Positions 1-9,300 of a stretch of 64,000 nt of DNA are shown here, piece after piece. The translations under genes were made by a program, and so were the position numbers. A model generated the notes under the pieces. It worked only from the letters and a program-made list of their open reading frames with translations, was not told where the DNA came from and ran no database searches. Each line of letters opens with the position of its first letter. Position 1 is the first letter of the stretch. The DNA comes from Betaproteobacteria bacterium. GTDB taxonomy: Bacteria; Pseudomonadota; Gammaproteobacteria; Burkholderiales; Ga0077523. The stretch spans positions 7,945 to 71,944 of the forward strand of contig WGLR01000003.1 in NCBI GenBank assembly GCA_016125475.1, read 5' to 3'.

Positions 1-695
1 ACTGGCGTGGCGTGTCGCACAACCTGAACTGCTACGTGGTCGAAGGCTTCATCGACGAAGTGGCTGCGGCGGTCGGCAAGGATCCGATCCAGTACCGGAT
101 CGACAACCTCGAGTACACCGGCGAGAAGCACAAGTGGTCGGGTCTCTCCGCGGGCGTGCCGGTCGGTGGCCGGATGAAGGTGGTGCTCGAGGAAGTTCGC
201 GCGAAGTCCGGCTGGGGCAAGAAGCTGCCTGACGGCCAGGGCATGGGCGTCGCCGTGATGGAAGGCTACAACACGGTCATGTCCGCGGTTGCCCAGGTCT
301 CGGTCACGAAGAACTACGACGTGATCGTCGACAAGGTGACCTACGTCGTCGACGCGGGCCAGGTGATCCACCCCGACCAGGCGAATGCGCAGATCGAGAG
401 CTGCACGGTCTTCGGCATGTCCGCCTGTCTCTGGGGCGAGATCACGGTCAAGAACGGTGGCGTCCAGCAGGACAACTTCGACCAGTACCGCGTCGTTCGC
501 ATGAACGAGGCGCCGAAGTCGATCGACATCCACTGGATCAAGCCCGCCAAGGACCAGCCCCCCGGCGGTCTCGGCGAGCCCGCCACGGCCGTTGTCCAGG
601 CTGCGATCGGCAACGCGATCTTCGCGGCGACCGGTATCCGCGTGCGTGAGATGCCGTTCACGCCCGAGAACATCAAGGGCGCCATGTCGGCCTGA
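1..695 (+). CDS. Molybdopterin-binding large subunit of a xanthine dehydrogenase/aldehyde oxidase-family oxidoreductase (IorB-like), C-terminal ~230 aa; 5' end lies upstream of the window
   Basis: The frame is open from the window edge (codons in phase with nt 3) to TGA 693-695. The translation ends ...KDQPPGGLGEPATAVVQAAIGNAIFAATGIRVREMPFTPENIKGAMSA. This is the conserved C-terminal signature (GLGEP...NAI..ATG.R.R..P) of this family. Confidence 0.85.
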   Translation, partial: WRGVSHNLNCYVVEGFIDEVAAAVGKDPIQYRIDNLEYTGEKHKWSGLSAGVPVGGRMKVVLEEVRAKSGWGKKLPDGQGMGVAVMEGYNTVMSAVAQVSVTKNYDVIVDKVTYVVDAGQVIHPDQANAQIESCTVFGMSACLWGEITVKNGGVQQDNFDQYRVVRMNEAPKSIDIHWIKPAKDQPPGGLGEPATAVVQAAIGNAIFAATGIRVREMPFTPENIKGAMSA

Positions 696-747
696 CGCGA
701 GTCGGACCGACAGCGAGTTTCGCCCGGGCCCCGGCCCGGGCGCTTCC

Positions 748-798
748 GGCCTCAACGATTCCGCCTTCGGGCGGGGTCGTTGAGGCCGGTTTGTTTTT
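748..798 (+). terminator. Rho-independent terminator downstream of the oxidoreductase subunit gene
   Basis: GGCCTCAACGA (748-758) pairs perfectly with TCGTTGAGGCC (777-787). An inner CCGCC/GGCGG stem surrounds a TTCG loop (761-774). The hairpin is followed directly by GGTTTGTTTTT (788-798) and lies 53 nt after the stop codon. Confidence 0.8.
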
Positions 799-960
799 GA
801 GGCATCCTTGACCGGTCGGGGACCGCGCGAAAAACGAGCGCGCCCTGTTCCCGCCCAGCCCGACGCACGCGACGCCCGCCCTGCGGGCGACCGTCCGCTC
901 GGTTCCGGCGCAAGTTGCCACCGCGATGACCGCCGATTCCCAGAGGAATGTAGTGACGAA

Positions 961-1962
961 ATGGACAGTGTCGACCTTCAAGTGCTGAAAAGTGCCGCCC
1001 AGTGGCTCGAGGAAGGCCACCGTGTCGTGCTCGCGACCGTGACCGAGACGTGGGGATCCTCGCCGCGGCCGGTAGGTGCCATGCTCGCAGTCCGGGGCGA
1101 CGGGCTCGTCGCGGGTTCGGTGTCCGGCGGCTGTGTCGAGGACGACCTCATCGACAAGGTACGCGGCAAGGCCGTCGCGGCCGACCGGCCCGAAGTCACG
1201 ATCTACGGCATCACGAAGGAAGACGCCCAGCGATTCGGCCTGCCGTGCGGCGGCCGGCTCCAGCTCGTGCTCGAGCCCGTGCGCGACCAGGCCTCCGTCA
1301 AGGGGCTGCTCGCGGGCATCGAGCGTCACGAACTCTTCGCGCGCGAGCTCGACATGGCGAGTGGCGAGGCACGGCTTCGTGCCGCCAGCCGCAACGACGT
1401 GCTCGCATTCGACGGCACGACACTCGTGACCATTCACGGACCCCGCTGGCGCCTGCTCGTGATCGGTGCGGGCCAGCTCTCCAAGTACGTCGCGATGATG
1501 GCGCAGGCGCTCGATTACGACGTGATCGTCTGCGATCCGCGGGAGGAGTACGCGATCACGTGGGACGTCCCCGGCACGACCCTCACGCGGGACATGCCCG
1601 ACGACGTGGTGCTCGAACTCAACCTGGACAGTCACAGCGCGGTCGTGGCCGTGACCCACGACCCGAAGCTCGACGACCTCGCGCTGCTGGAGGCGCTCAA
1701 GTCGCCCGCCTTCTACGTGGGAGCCCTCGGGTCCCGCCTCAATACGCAGAAGCGCCGCGAACGTCTCGAACAGTTCGACCTCTCGCAGCAGGAACTCGAC
1801 CGCCTGCACGGGCCCGTGGGCCTTCGGATCGGCAGCAAGACGCCGCCCGAGATCGCCGTCGCGATCATGGCGGAGATCACGGCCGTGCGGCACGAGGTGC
1901 CGCTCGATTCGGTCGGGATCAAGACGCTGGACGCGAGCGCCACACAGACGGTCTGCCGCTAG
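961..1962 (+). CDS. XdhC/CoxI-family molybdenum-cofactor insertion (accessory) protein
   Basis: Track ORF 808..1962. I place the start at ATG 961. MDSVDLQVLKSAAQWLEEGHRVVLATVTETWGSSPRPVGAMLAVRGDGLVAGSVSGGCVEDDL matches the XdhC N-terminal domain (GS.PR, GGC.E). RLLVIGAGQLSKYVAMMAQALDYDVIVCDPRE matches the Rossmann-like XdhC C-terminal domain. The 51 upstream codons are Arg/Pro-rich filler. The only SD-like GAGG (943-946) is 14 nt upstream, so the start is less certain than the gene. Confidence 0.85.
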   Translation: MDSVDLQVLKSAAQWLEEGHRVVLATVTETWGSSPRPVGAMLAVRGDGLVAGSVSGGCVEDDLIDKVRGKAVAADRPEVTIYGITKEDAQRFGLPCGGRLQLVLEPVRDQASVKGLLAGIERHELFARELDMASGEARLRAASRNDVLAFDGTTLVTIHGPRWRLLVIGAGQLSKYVAMMAQALDYDVIVCDPREEYAITWDVPGTTLTRDMPDDVVLELNLDSHSAVVAVTHDPKLDDLALLEALKSPAFYVGALGSRLNTQKRRERLEQFDLSQQELDRLHGPVGLRIGSKTPPEIAVAIMAEITAVRHEVPLDSVGIKTLDASATQTVCR

Positions 1963-2089
1963 ACCCTGTCCGGGCCGTCACGCCCGGCCGGATCGATCGA
2001 CGAAATTCTTCGCGCGACGAGCATTCGGTCGCGCGTTCTGCGGTCGCGGGGCATGCGCCCGCAGACCGCCACAACATCGGGAGCAATGC

Positions 2090-2845
2090 ATGAGACTGAA
2101 GGACAAGATCGCGATCGTCACGGGGGGAAGTTCCGGATTCGGCGAGGGGATCGCCAAGCGGTTCGCCGCGGAAGGGTGCAGGGTCATGGTCGCGGACATC
2201 AACGACGAAGGCGGTCAGCGTGTGGTGTCCGAGATCACCGCGGCCGGCGGCAAGGCCGCGTTCCAGCACTGCGACGTCACGAAGGACGCCGACTGGGCGG
2301 CGCTCGTGAAGGCGACGAAGGACACCTTCGGCGGGCTCACGACCGTGATCAACAACGCTGGCACCACCCATCGCAACCAGCCGATGCTGAACGTGCCCGA
2401 GGACATGTTCGACCTGATCTACGCGGTCAACGTGAAGAGTCTCTTCCACAGCGCGAAGCACTGCGTGCCCCATTTCCGTTCGGTGGGCGGCGGTGTGTTC
2501 GTGAACGTGGCCTCGACCGCGGGTGTGCGTCCACGCCCGGGTCTCACCTGGTACAACGGATCGAAGGGCGCGGCGATCGTCACGAGCCGGTCCATGGCCG
2601 TCGAACTCGCGCCCGACCGGATCCGCGTGTGCGTGATCAACCCGGTGGCGGGTGAGACCGCGCTGCTCGGACAGTTCATGGGTGAGGACACGCCCGAGAT
2701 GCGCGCGAAGTTCCAGGCGACGATTCCCCTCGGACGCCTCTCGCGTCCCTCGGACATCGCGAGCACCGCGCTCTGGCTCGCCTCGGACGAGGCCGAGTTC
2801 ATCACGGGTGCCTGCGTGGAGGTGGACGGCGGGCGCTGCGTCTGA
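2090..2845 (+). CDS. Classical short-chain dehydrogenase/reductase (SDR) family oxidoreductase
   Basis: 251 aa. Motifs seen: IAIVTGGSSGFGEGIA (TGxxxGxG), NNAG, ASTAG...YNGSK (Ser/Tyr/Lys catalytic set), and the tail PLGRLSRPSDIASTALWLASDEAEFITGACVEVDGG. GGGAG at 2079-2083 lies 6 nt before the ATG. Confidence 0.9.
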   Translation: MRLKDKIAIVTGGSSGFGEGIAKRFAAEGCRVMVADINDEGGQRVVSEITAAGGKAAFQHCDVTKDADWAALVKATKDTFGGLTTVINNAGTTHRNQPMLNVPEDMFDLIYAVNVKSLFHSAKHCVPHFRSVGGGVFVNVASTAGVRPRPGLTWYNGSKGAAIVTSRSMAVELAPDRIRVCVINPVAGETALLGQFMGEDTPEMRAKFQATIPLGRLSRPSDIASTALWLASDEAEFITGACVEVDGGRCV

Positions 2846-3372
2846 CGGCGCTGACCGCATTCGAACCGGCGACTCGCGCCGCCTCCTTCCGGCGCGATCG
2901 CCCCCGCGACGCCAGGCCCGTGCTCGCGTCCGGCGTCCGTCGGAGCCACGGTTTCCCGATGCCGCGTGGCACGCACCGGGTTACGTGGTGCCCGTGCCCC
3001 GGACATCCCCGGGACGGGAACACAACGCCCGTCCGCGATGGACAAACCTGACAAACTGAAGTACTTTCGGTCAAAACCGAGGGAGACCAGTCCTTTTCCC
3101 GTGAAGCCTTGACGGTCACGGTGCCCTCACGAACAAAGCAAGCTGCGATCGTCCGGCCCGAGTGCCGGTGCGCATACGCAGCCGTCGACGTACTTGACGA
3201 AGAGAGAAGAACCGGCTGGAGCCGGTGAGGCGCATTGGTGTGACCGCGTGCGGGTGGCGTTCGGCCGTCCGTGTCCCCGTCAGTTTTCCCAACTGCGAGC
3301 CTTGACCGGCATTCAGGGTATCGTCGGTTGCGCTCGCCGCCTTTCGGGCGCGGCCGTGTGTTGGAGGCCGCC

Positions 3373-6300
3373 ATGCTTGCAGAAAGGGTCCTGTCGCGTC
3401 TGTTCGCTCGCAGTCGAGCCGTTCCGGTTCGGCCGCGTGAGCTGCCATTTCGAAGAAAGGCGCTGTTCGAGGCGCTGGAACCGCGGCTGCTCCTCTCGGC
3501 GGACCTCGCACCCAATTCCCAGAGCCTGATCAACGACGGGCTGCAGAAGCTCGGCGACTGGTCGGACAACCTCGCGACGGTCGGCGAACTCGCGGAGAAG
3601 CTGCCGGTCGTCAACACCGCGATCGGCCCCGCGCTCGACGTCGGCCAGATCCTGCAGGACCGCATCGTCGTGCCGGTCCAGAACTATCTCGCACAGGCAG
3701 GCACTCCGAACACCGACGGTGTCGTGTCGGCGCTCGCCTCGGCGCTCGGCGCCGCGGGCACCGTGAGCGGCGACCAGTTCGGTGACGAGATCCGCTTCGA
3801 CGTGACGCTCGACGAAACGCGCACGCTCGCCGATCTCCCGTTCGCGCTTGCCGCGACCGAGTCCGGCATCGCGCTCACCGCCGACGCGAACGGCAGGCTC
3901 GATCTCGACCTGTCCCTCAACCTGGATTTCTCGTTCGGTCTCGACCTGTCGGACGGGCTCGCCCCCGAGGAGCGGTTCTTCGTCCGCGTGAGCGACTTCA
4001 CGGCGGGCGCGAGCGCGAATGCCTCGCTCGATTTCGGGCTCGCCGTGGGATTCCTGGATGCGCAGGTGCAGGGCGGCACGATCGCACTCGACGCGCAGCT
4101 CGACATCGGACTGCTCAATCCGGACGCCGACACGAAGGGCAACATCACGCTCGCGGAACTGCTCGGCACGACCATCGAGACGCTCGTCGATCCGCAGGTC
4201 GTCACGGCGACGCTGGACGGCAACCTGCCGGTATCGGTGCAGGCGCTCGGCAGTTTCGATGCCGGCAACGCGGCCGTCACGATCACGGGCACCGACGTGT
4301 TCGCGCAGACACCCACCGTGTCCGTGACGGGCACGTACGCGGAGGACATCCTGAACTTCGGTCGCGCCCAGCCCGAAGCCGTCCTCCAGACGCTGAACCA
4401 GGTCGCGGCGTGGCTGAACGGCCTGCGCACCTCCGACGCGTTCGACGGCATCATTCCGCTCGCGAAGAACCGCACGTTCGGCGAGGTGCTGCGCTTCGCG
4501 GAAGGGTTCACGAGCGGTCTCGTCGATCAGCTCACGGACGCCGACGGCGTGGCGACGTTCGCGTCCGCGCAGAGTTTCGCGCAGCGTCTGTCCGACCTGC
4601 TCGGACTGCCGCCCGAGGCGATCAACGCGTCGTACAACCCGTCGAACAACCAGCTCACGTTCTTCCTGCGTGTGCAAAGCGGCTACGAGGCGTCGTCCGA
4701 CCCCATCAAGTTCGATCTGAACCTCGCTCCGCTCGGCGGCATCACGACATCGAGCGTGCTGTCGATCGACGCGAGCGGGACCGTCCAGTTCGTGCTCGGA
4801 TTCGACCTCTCGCCGTTCACGGCCGTGCTCGTCGCGGACGACGTGCTGCCCGCGAACGGCGTGCTGTCGGACGACGCGACGTTCAAGGTGTCGCTCGACA
4901 GCAGCGAATACGTGGACGTGACGGTCGCGCGCGACACCACGAACAGCACGCGCCAGCACCTCGTCGCGGACATCAACGCCGCGCTGAACGCGGCCGGCCT
5001 CGTCGGGCTCGTCGCGTCGCTCGACAGCAACCGGCTCAAGTTCACCTACGGTGGCGGATTCACCGGCGCCTTCGTGAACATCCTCGTGCCGGACGTCGCG
5101 ACGAACACGGCGGCCTCCGAACTGCACCTGAAACCCACGAACACCGCGGTCGACGCGCTCTCGAAGAAGGCGTTCCTGCGCGACGTGCGCGCCACGGGCA
5201 ACGTCACCGCGTCCGCGACGGACGTCGACGCGACGGCCGACTTCGGCTTCTTCGGGGTCTCGATCCAGAACGGCACGGCGTCGGCGTCGGCCGCGATCGA
5301 CCTGCAGTTCCGCAAGCCCGGCCAGCCATCCGCGATCCTGCGCTTTCCCGACCTGTTCGAGGGTCTGAACAACATCCCCCAGTGGACCTCCATCCAGTCC
5401 ACGGGCACGCTGACGGCCGACCTGCCGATCGCGGTGACGGGCAACATCATCGGCCTGCCCGGCGCGCCCAGGGTGCACGTGAACATGAGCAACGTGTTCC
5501 AGCCCGGGACGCTCGAGGTCACGTTCCCCGATCTCGATCCGCTGCTCAACTACCGGCAGCTCGACGCCGGGGACGTCGTGAACGCCCTGGGGCAGATCGT
5601 CACCTATCTGGGCACGATCGAGGGCTTCTCGTTCCTGAACCAGGACCTGCCGCTCGTGGGCCGGAGCGTGACCGATCTCGTGAGCTTCCTGTCGGCGTTC
5701 ACGGACGCGAAGAACGCGCTGGGCAGCGCGGGCGTGCAGACGATCCAGGGGCTCGAGCAGGCCATCGAGCAGGCATTCGGCATCGCGCCGAGCGCGCTGT
5801 CCGTCGTGCTCGCGAACCAGTCGATCGAGTTCAGCCTCGATCTGTCGCGGACCTACTCCGATCAGCTCGCGCTCGACCTGAACCTCGGCCAGCTCGCGGG
5901 CTACACGAACACCGACGGCACGAACCTGAACGGTGTCGCGAACCTCATCGACGTCGGCGGGAGCGGGAAGTTCGACGTCGACGCCGCCGCTTCGCTGAAC
6001 CTCGTCTTCGGCTTCGATCTCGCGAATCCCGCCACGCCGCGCGCCTACATCCGCGACGACTCGCACATCGCGCTCACCGCCAGGGTCGCGGGTTCCGGCC
6101 TCGATTTCGACGCCGCCGTCGGACCGCTCGGCATCTTCATCCGCAACGGGTCCGTTTACCTCGACAACGGCAGCGGCATCCCCGCGACGTTCGGCGTGGG
6201 CTTCAAGCCCGTCGCGGGCGACCGCTACTACGCGAACCAGTGGAGCACGTCCGCCCTCGACGTCTCGCTCGCGGGACGCGCGGGTGCGACCCTGCCGGTC

Positions 6301-9300
6301 TATTTCCCGACCGAGACGAACCCCGTGGGCGGCGCGGGCAACAACGCCATCGCGCTCACGATCGGGGACCTCTCGCACATCTCGACCACGACAACGCTCA
6401 CCGCGCCGGACCTGGCGGCCGAGATCGGCAGCATCGACCTGTTCAGCAACATGAACAGCTTCGTCGACGGCATCGACCTCGTGCTCGCGACGATCCAGGA
6501 CGCGCTCGACGGCCAGGTATTCGGGATCAACCTGCCGTTCGTCGGCGACGGCCTGAAGGGCGGTGCGCAGTTCATCCAGGACCTCCGCACGGAGGTCGTG
6601 CAGCGTCTGGACGACGCCCTCTCCGGCGACACGCAGACCGCGACACAGGTGAAACAGATCCTGTTCGACGCGTTCGGCCCCGGCGGCATCGGCATCCTGC
6701 TCGACGGCAACGACGCGGGCACGCAGGTCACGGTCGACGACGTGGGGTTCACGACGGTCGACAACAACTCGGACGGCCTCGTCGACGACGTGCTGTTCAA
6801 CCTCAGACTCGGCAAGGTCGCGACGCTGCCGATCGACGCGGCCTTCGACATCGGCCTGCCCGGTCTCGGACTCGCCGTCGCGGACAATTCCGCCGTCGAC
6901 CTGTCCGTGGGCTTCAGCTTCGATCTCGGTCTCGGCGTGAGCCGCAGCGACGGTGTCTATCTCGACACGTCGAAGCTCGACGAGGTCGGCGTCACGCTCG
7001 ACGCGCGTCTCAAGGACTTCGCGCTGGGCGGCACGCTCGGGTTCCTGCGACTCAAGATCCAGGACGAGACCGAAGATCCCGACGGTCAGGATCCGAGCTT
7101 CTTCAGCGGCGGTTTCACGATCGACCTGAAGGACCCGGTCGGAGGCAACAACCGGCTCACGTACAACGAACTGGCGGGTGGCAGTCTCAGCTTCGCCCAG
7201 GTCGTGGACGCCGAACTCTCGGCCGACGCGGTCATCAATCTCGATCTCACGCTGGGGGTTCCCGGCGACTTCGGCGTGACCGATCCCAATGCCGCGAACT
7301 TCCTGAGCGACCAGTTCCCGTCGCTCACGTCGGACTTCAACCTCACGTGGCACTTCACGCCCGCGACCGGTCTCGACGGCAGCCTCGAGAACGTGTCGTT
7401 CGACAACGTCCACCTGAACTTCGGCGAGTTCCTCGACAGCTTCCTCGGTCCGGTCGTCGACAACATCGCGGGCATCTTCGATCCGCTGAAGCCGATCATC
7501 GACGCCGTCACGACGCCGCTGCCCGTGATCTCGGACGTCGCCGGCCACGACTACACGCTGCTCGACCTCGCCGCGGACTTCGGCTACATCCCGCAGTCGA
7601 CGTCCGACTTCGTCGAGGCCGTGGGCGACATCCTCGACTTCGTCGACATGATCCAGTCGACGAGCGCGAGCGGCACCTACATCGACTTCGGCAGCTTCAA
7701 CCTGAACGGCACCGACCTGCGGCAGGCGTCGTCGAACGGCCAGCTCTCGAACGCGAACATCCTGACCGGCCACACGACCGGCCCGTCCTCGAGCCTCGAG
7801 GACCAGTTCAACAGCCTCGCACCGGGGCTCAAGAGCCAGAAGGACAAGATCAAGGGGGCCGAGGAGGGCTTCAGGATCCCGCTGCTGGAGGATCCGCTGT
7901 CGGCGTTCAGGCTGATCCTGGGCCAGAACGTCGACCTGTTCACGTACACGACGCCGAAATTCGAGTTCGGGTTCGACTTCGAACTGGAATTCGGGCCCGT
8001 CGCCGTCGTTCTCGGCGTGCCGATCTACGTGATATTCGGCGGAGGCGCAGGTCTCGAGGGACAGTTCACGTTCGGCTACGACACGCAGGGCATCTTCGAC
8101 TACTCGGACTCGGGCTTCGCGGGCGACCTGCTGAACGGCTTCTTCGTGGCCGACTGGGACGCCCAGGGCAAGGACGTCGACGAGATGGCGATCACCTCGC
8201 AGATCTACGTCGGCGCGAAAGCAGACGTCGTGATCGCCGAGATCGGCGCGAAGGGCGGGATCTTCGCCGACGTCTACATGAACATCAACGATCCGAACGA
8301 CGACGGCAAGCTGCGCGGCAAGGAACTGTTCGAGGTCATCGGCAGCGGCTTCCTCTGCGCGTTCGACTACCGCGGCGAGATGGGGGCGTTCCTGTCCGTG
8401 TTCGCGGAGGTGGGCATCTGCCCGTTCTGCCTGTCGTTCGACTTCGAGATCGCGCGCGTCACGATCATCAGCTTCGACGTGAGCTGCGACGAGCCTCCGC
8501 CGATCCTCGCGACGCTCGACGAGAACACGGGGGAGCTCTCCCTGAACATGGGGCCGCGGTCGGCGATGCGCGTGAACGGCGACCTCTCCGACGGCGACGA
8601 GCACTTCACCGTGAAGCAGATCGGCGCGGGCACCGTGATGGTCGAGGCGTTCGGCTACCAGCAGCTGTACGGCCGCTTCTCCGACCTCGAGAACGGACAG
8701 CTCGGGCCGGACGTCACGAAGATCATCGGCTACGGCGGCGCGGGCAACGACTCGATCGAGATCAAGGAGAACGTCGACGTGCCCGTCGAGCTCTGGGGGG
8801 ATTTCACCGCGCCCAGCGCGCAGGACGGTGAGGACATCCTCGTCGCGGGCGGCAGCGGCGTCGCGCGGCTGCAGGGCGGCGGCAAGGCCGACAAGCTCTA
8901 CGGCGGCAGCAACGCCGACGTGATCTACGGCTTCCTCGAGAACGACGCGGGCGACGACGGCACGGGCGACATCATCTACGGACGCGGCGGCAACGACCAG
9001 CTCTTCGGTCAGGGCGGTGCGGACCAGATCGACGGCGAGGCCGGCGACGACACGATCGACGGCGGGGCCGGCGACGACGTGCTGTACGGCGCGGACGGCA
9101 GCGACGTCATCCGCGGCGGCACCGGTGACGACCAGATCTACGGTCAGGCGGGTGTCGATGTCCTCGAGGGCGGCGGCGGCGCGGACGCCCTCATCGGCGG
9201 GGCCGACAACGACGTGCTGTACGGCTTCAGCGTGAGCGGCGCCGGCGACGACAACGCGCGCGACCTGCTCTGGGGCGATTTCGCGACCGGCACGGAATAC

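Noticed and set aside
808-960. N-terminal extension of the XdhC-family ORF from the track start (808)
   Set aside because: The 51 extra codons are Arg/Pro/Asp-rich with no family similarity and overlap the terminator-proximal intergenic region. XdhC-family homology begins right at Met 961.
2875-2896. GC hairpin CGCGCCG-N8-CGGCGCG 30 nt after the SDR stop as a terminator
   Set aside because: It has a perfect 7-bp stem, but no T-tract follows (ATCGCCCCCGCG). It cannot be called an intrinsic terminator from sequence alone.
2967-2985. TGGCAC hexamer suggesting a sigma-54 (-24/-12) promoter upstream of G1
   Set aside because: The positions where the -12 TTGC should fall read GGGT, so there is no GC element at the correct spacing.
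3109-3137. Sigma-70-like promoter TTGACG-N17-AACAAA (and TTGACG 3194, TTGACC 3302)
   Set aside because: The -10 candidates match TATAAT at only about 3 of 6 positions and lack the invariant final T. The other two -35-like hexamers have no -10 at 16-18 nt. This is too weak to call.
3271-3372. GTG 3271 (the track start) as the G1 initiation codon
   Set aside because: It has no SD-like sequence upstream. ATG 3373 has GGAGG 5 nt upstream and places the LEPR motif at a position comparable to G2. I cannot exclude the longer form without N-terminal data.
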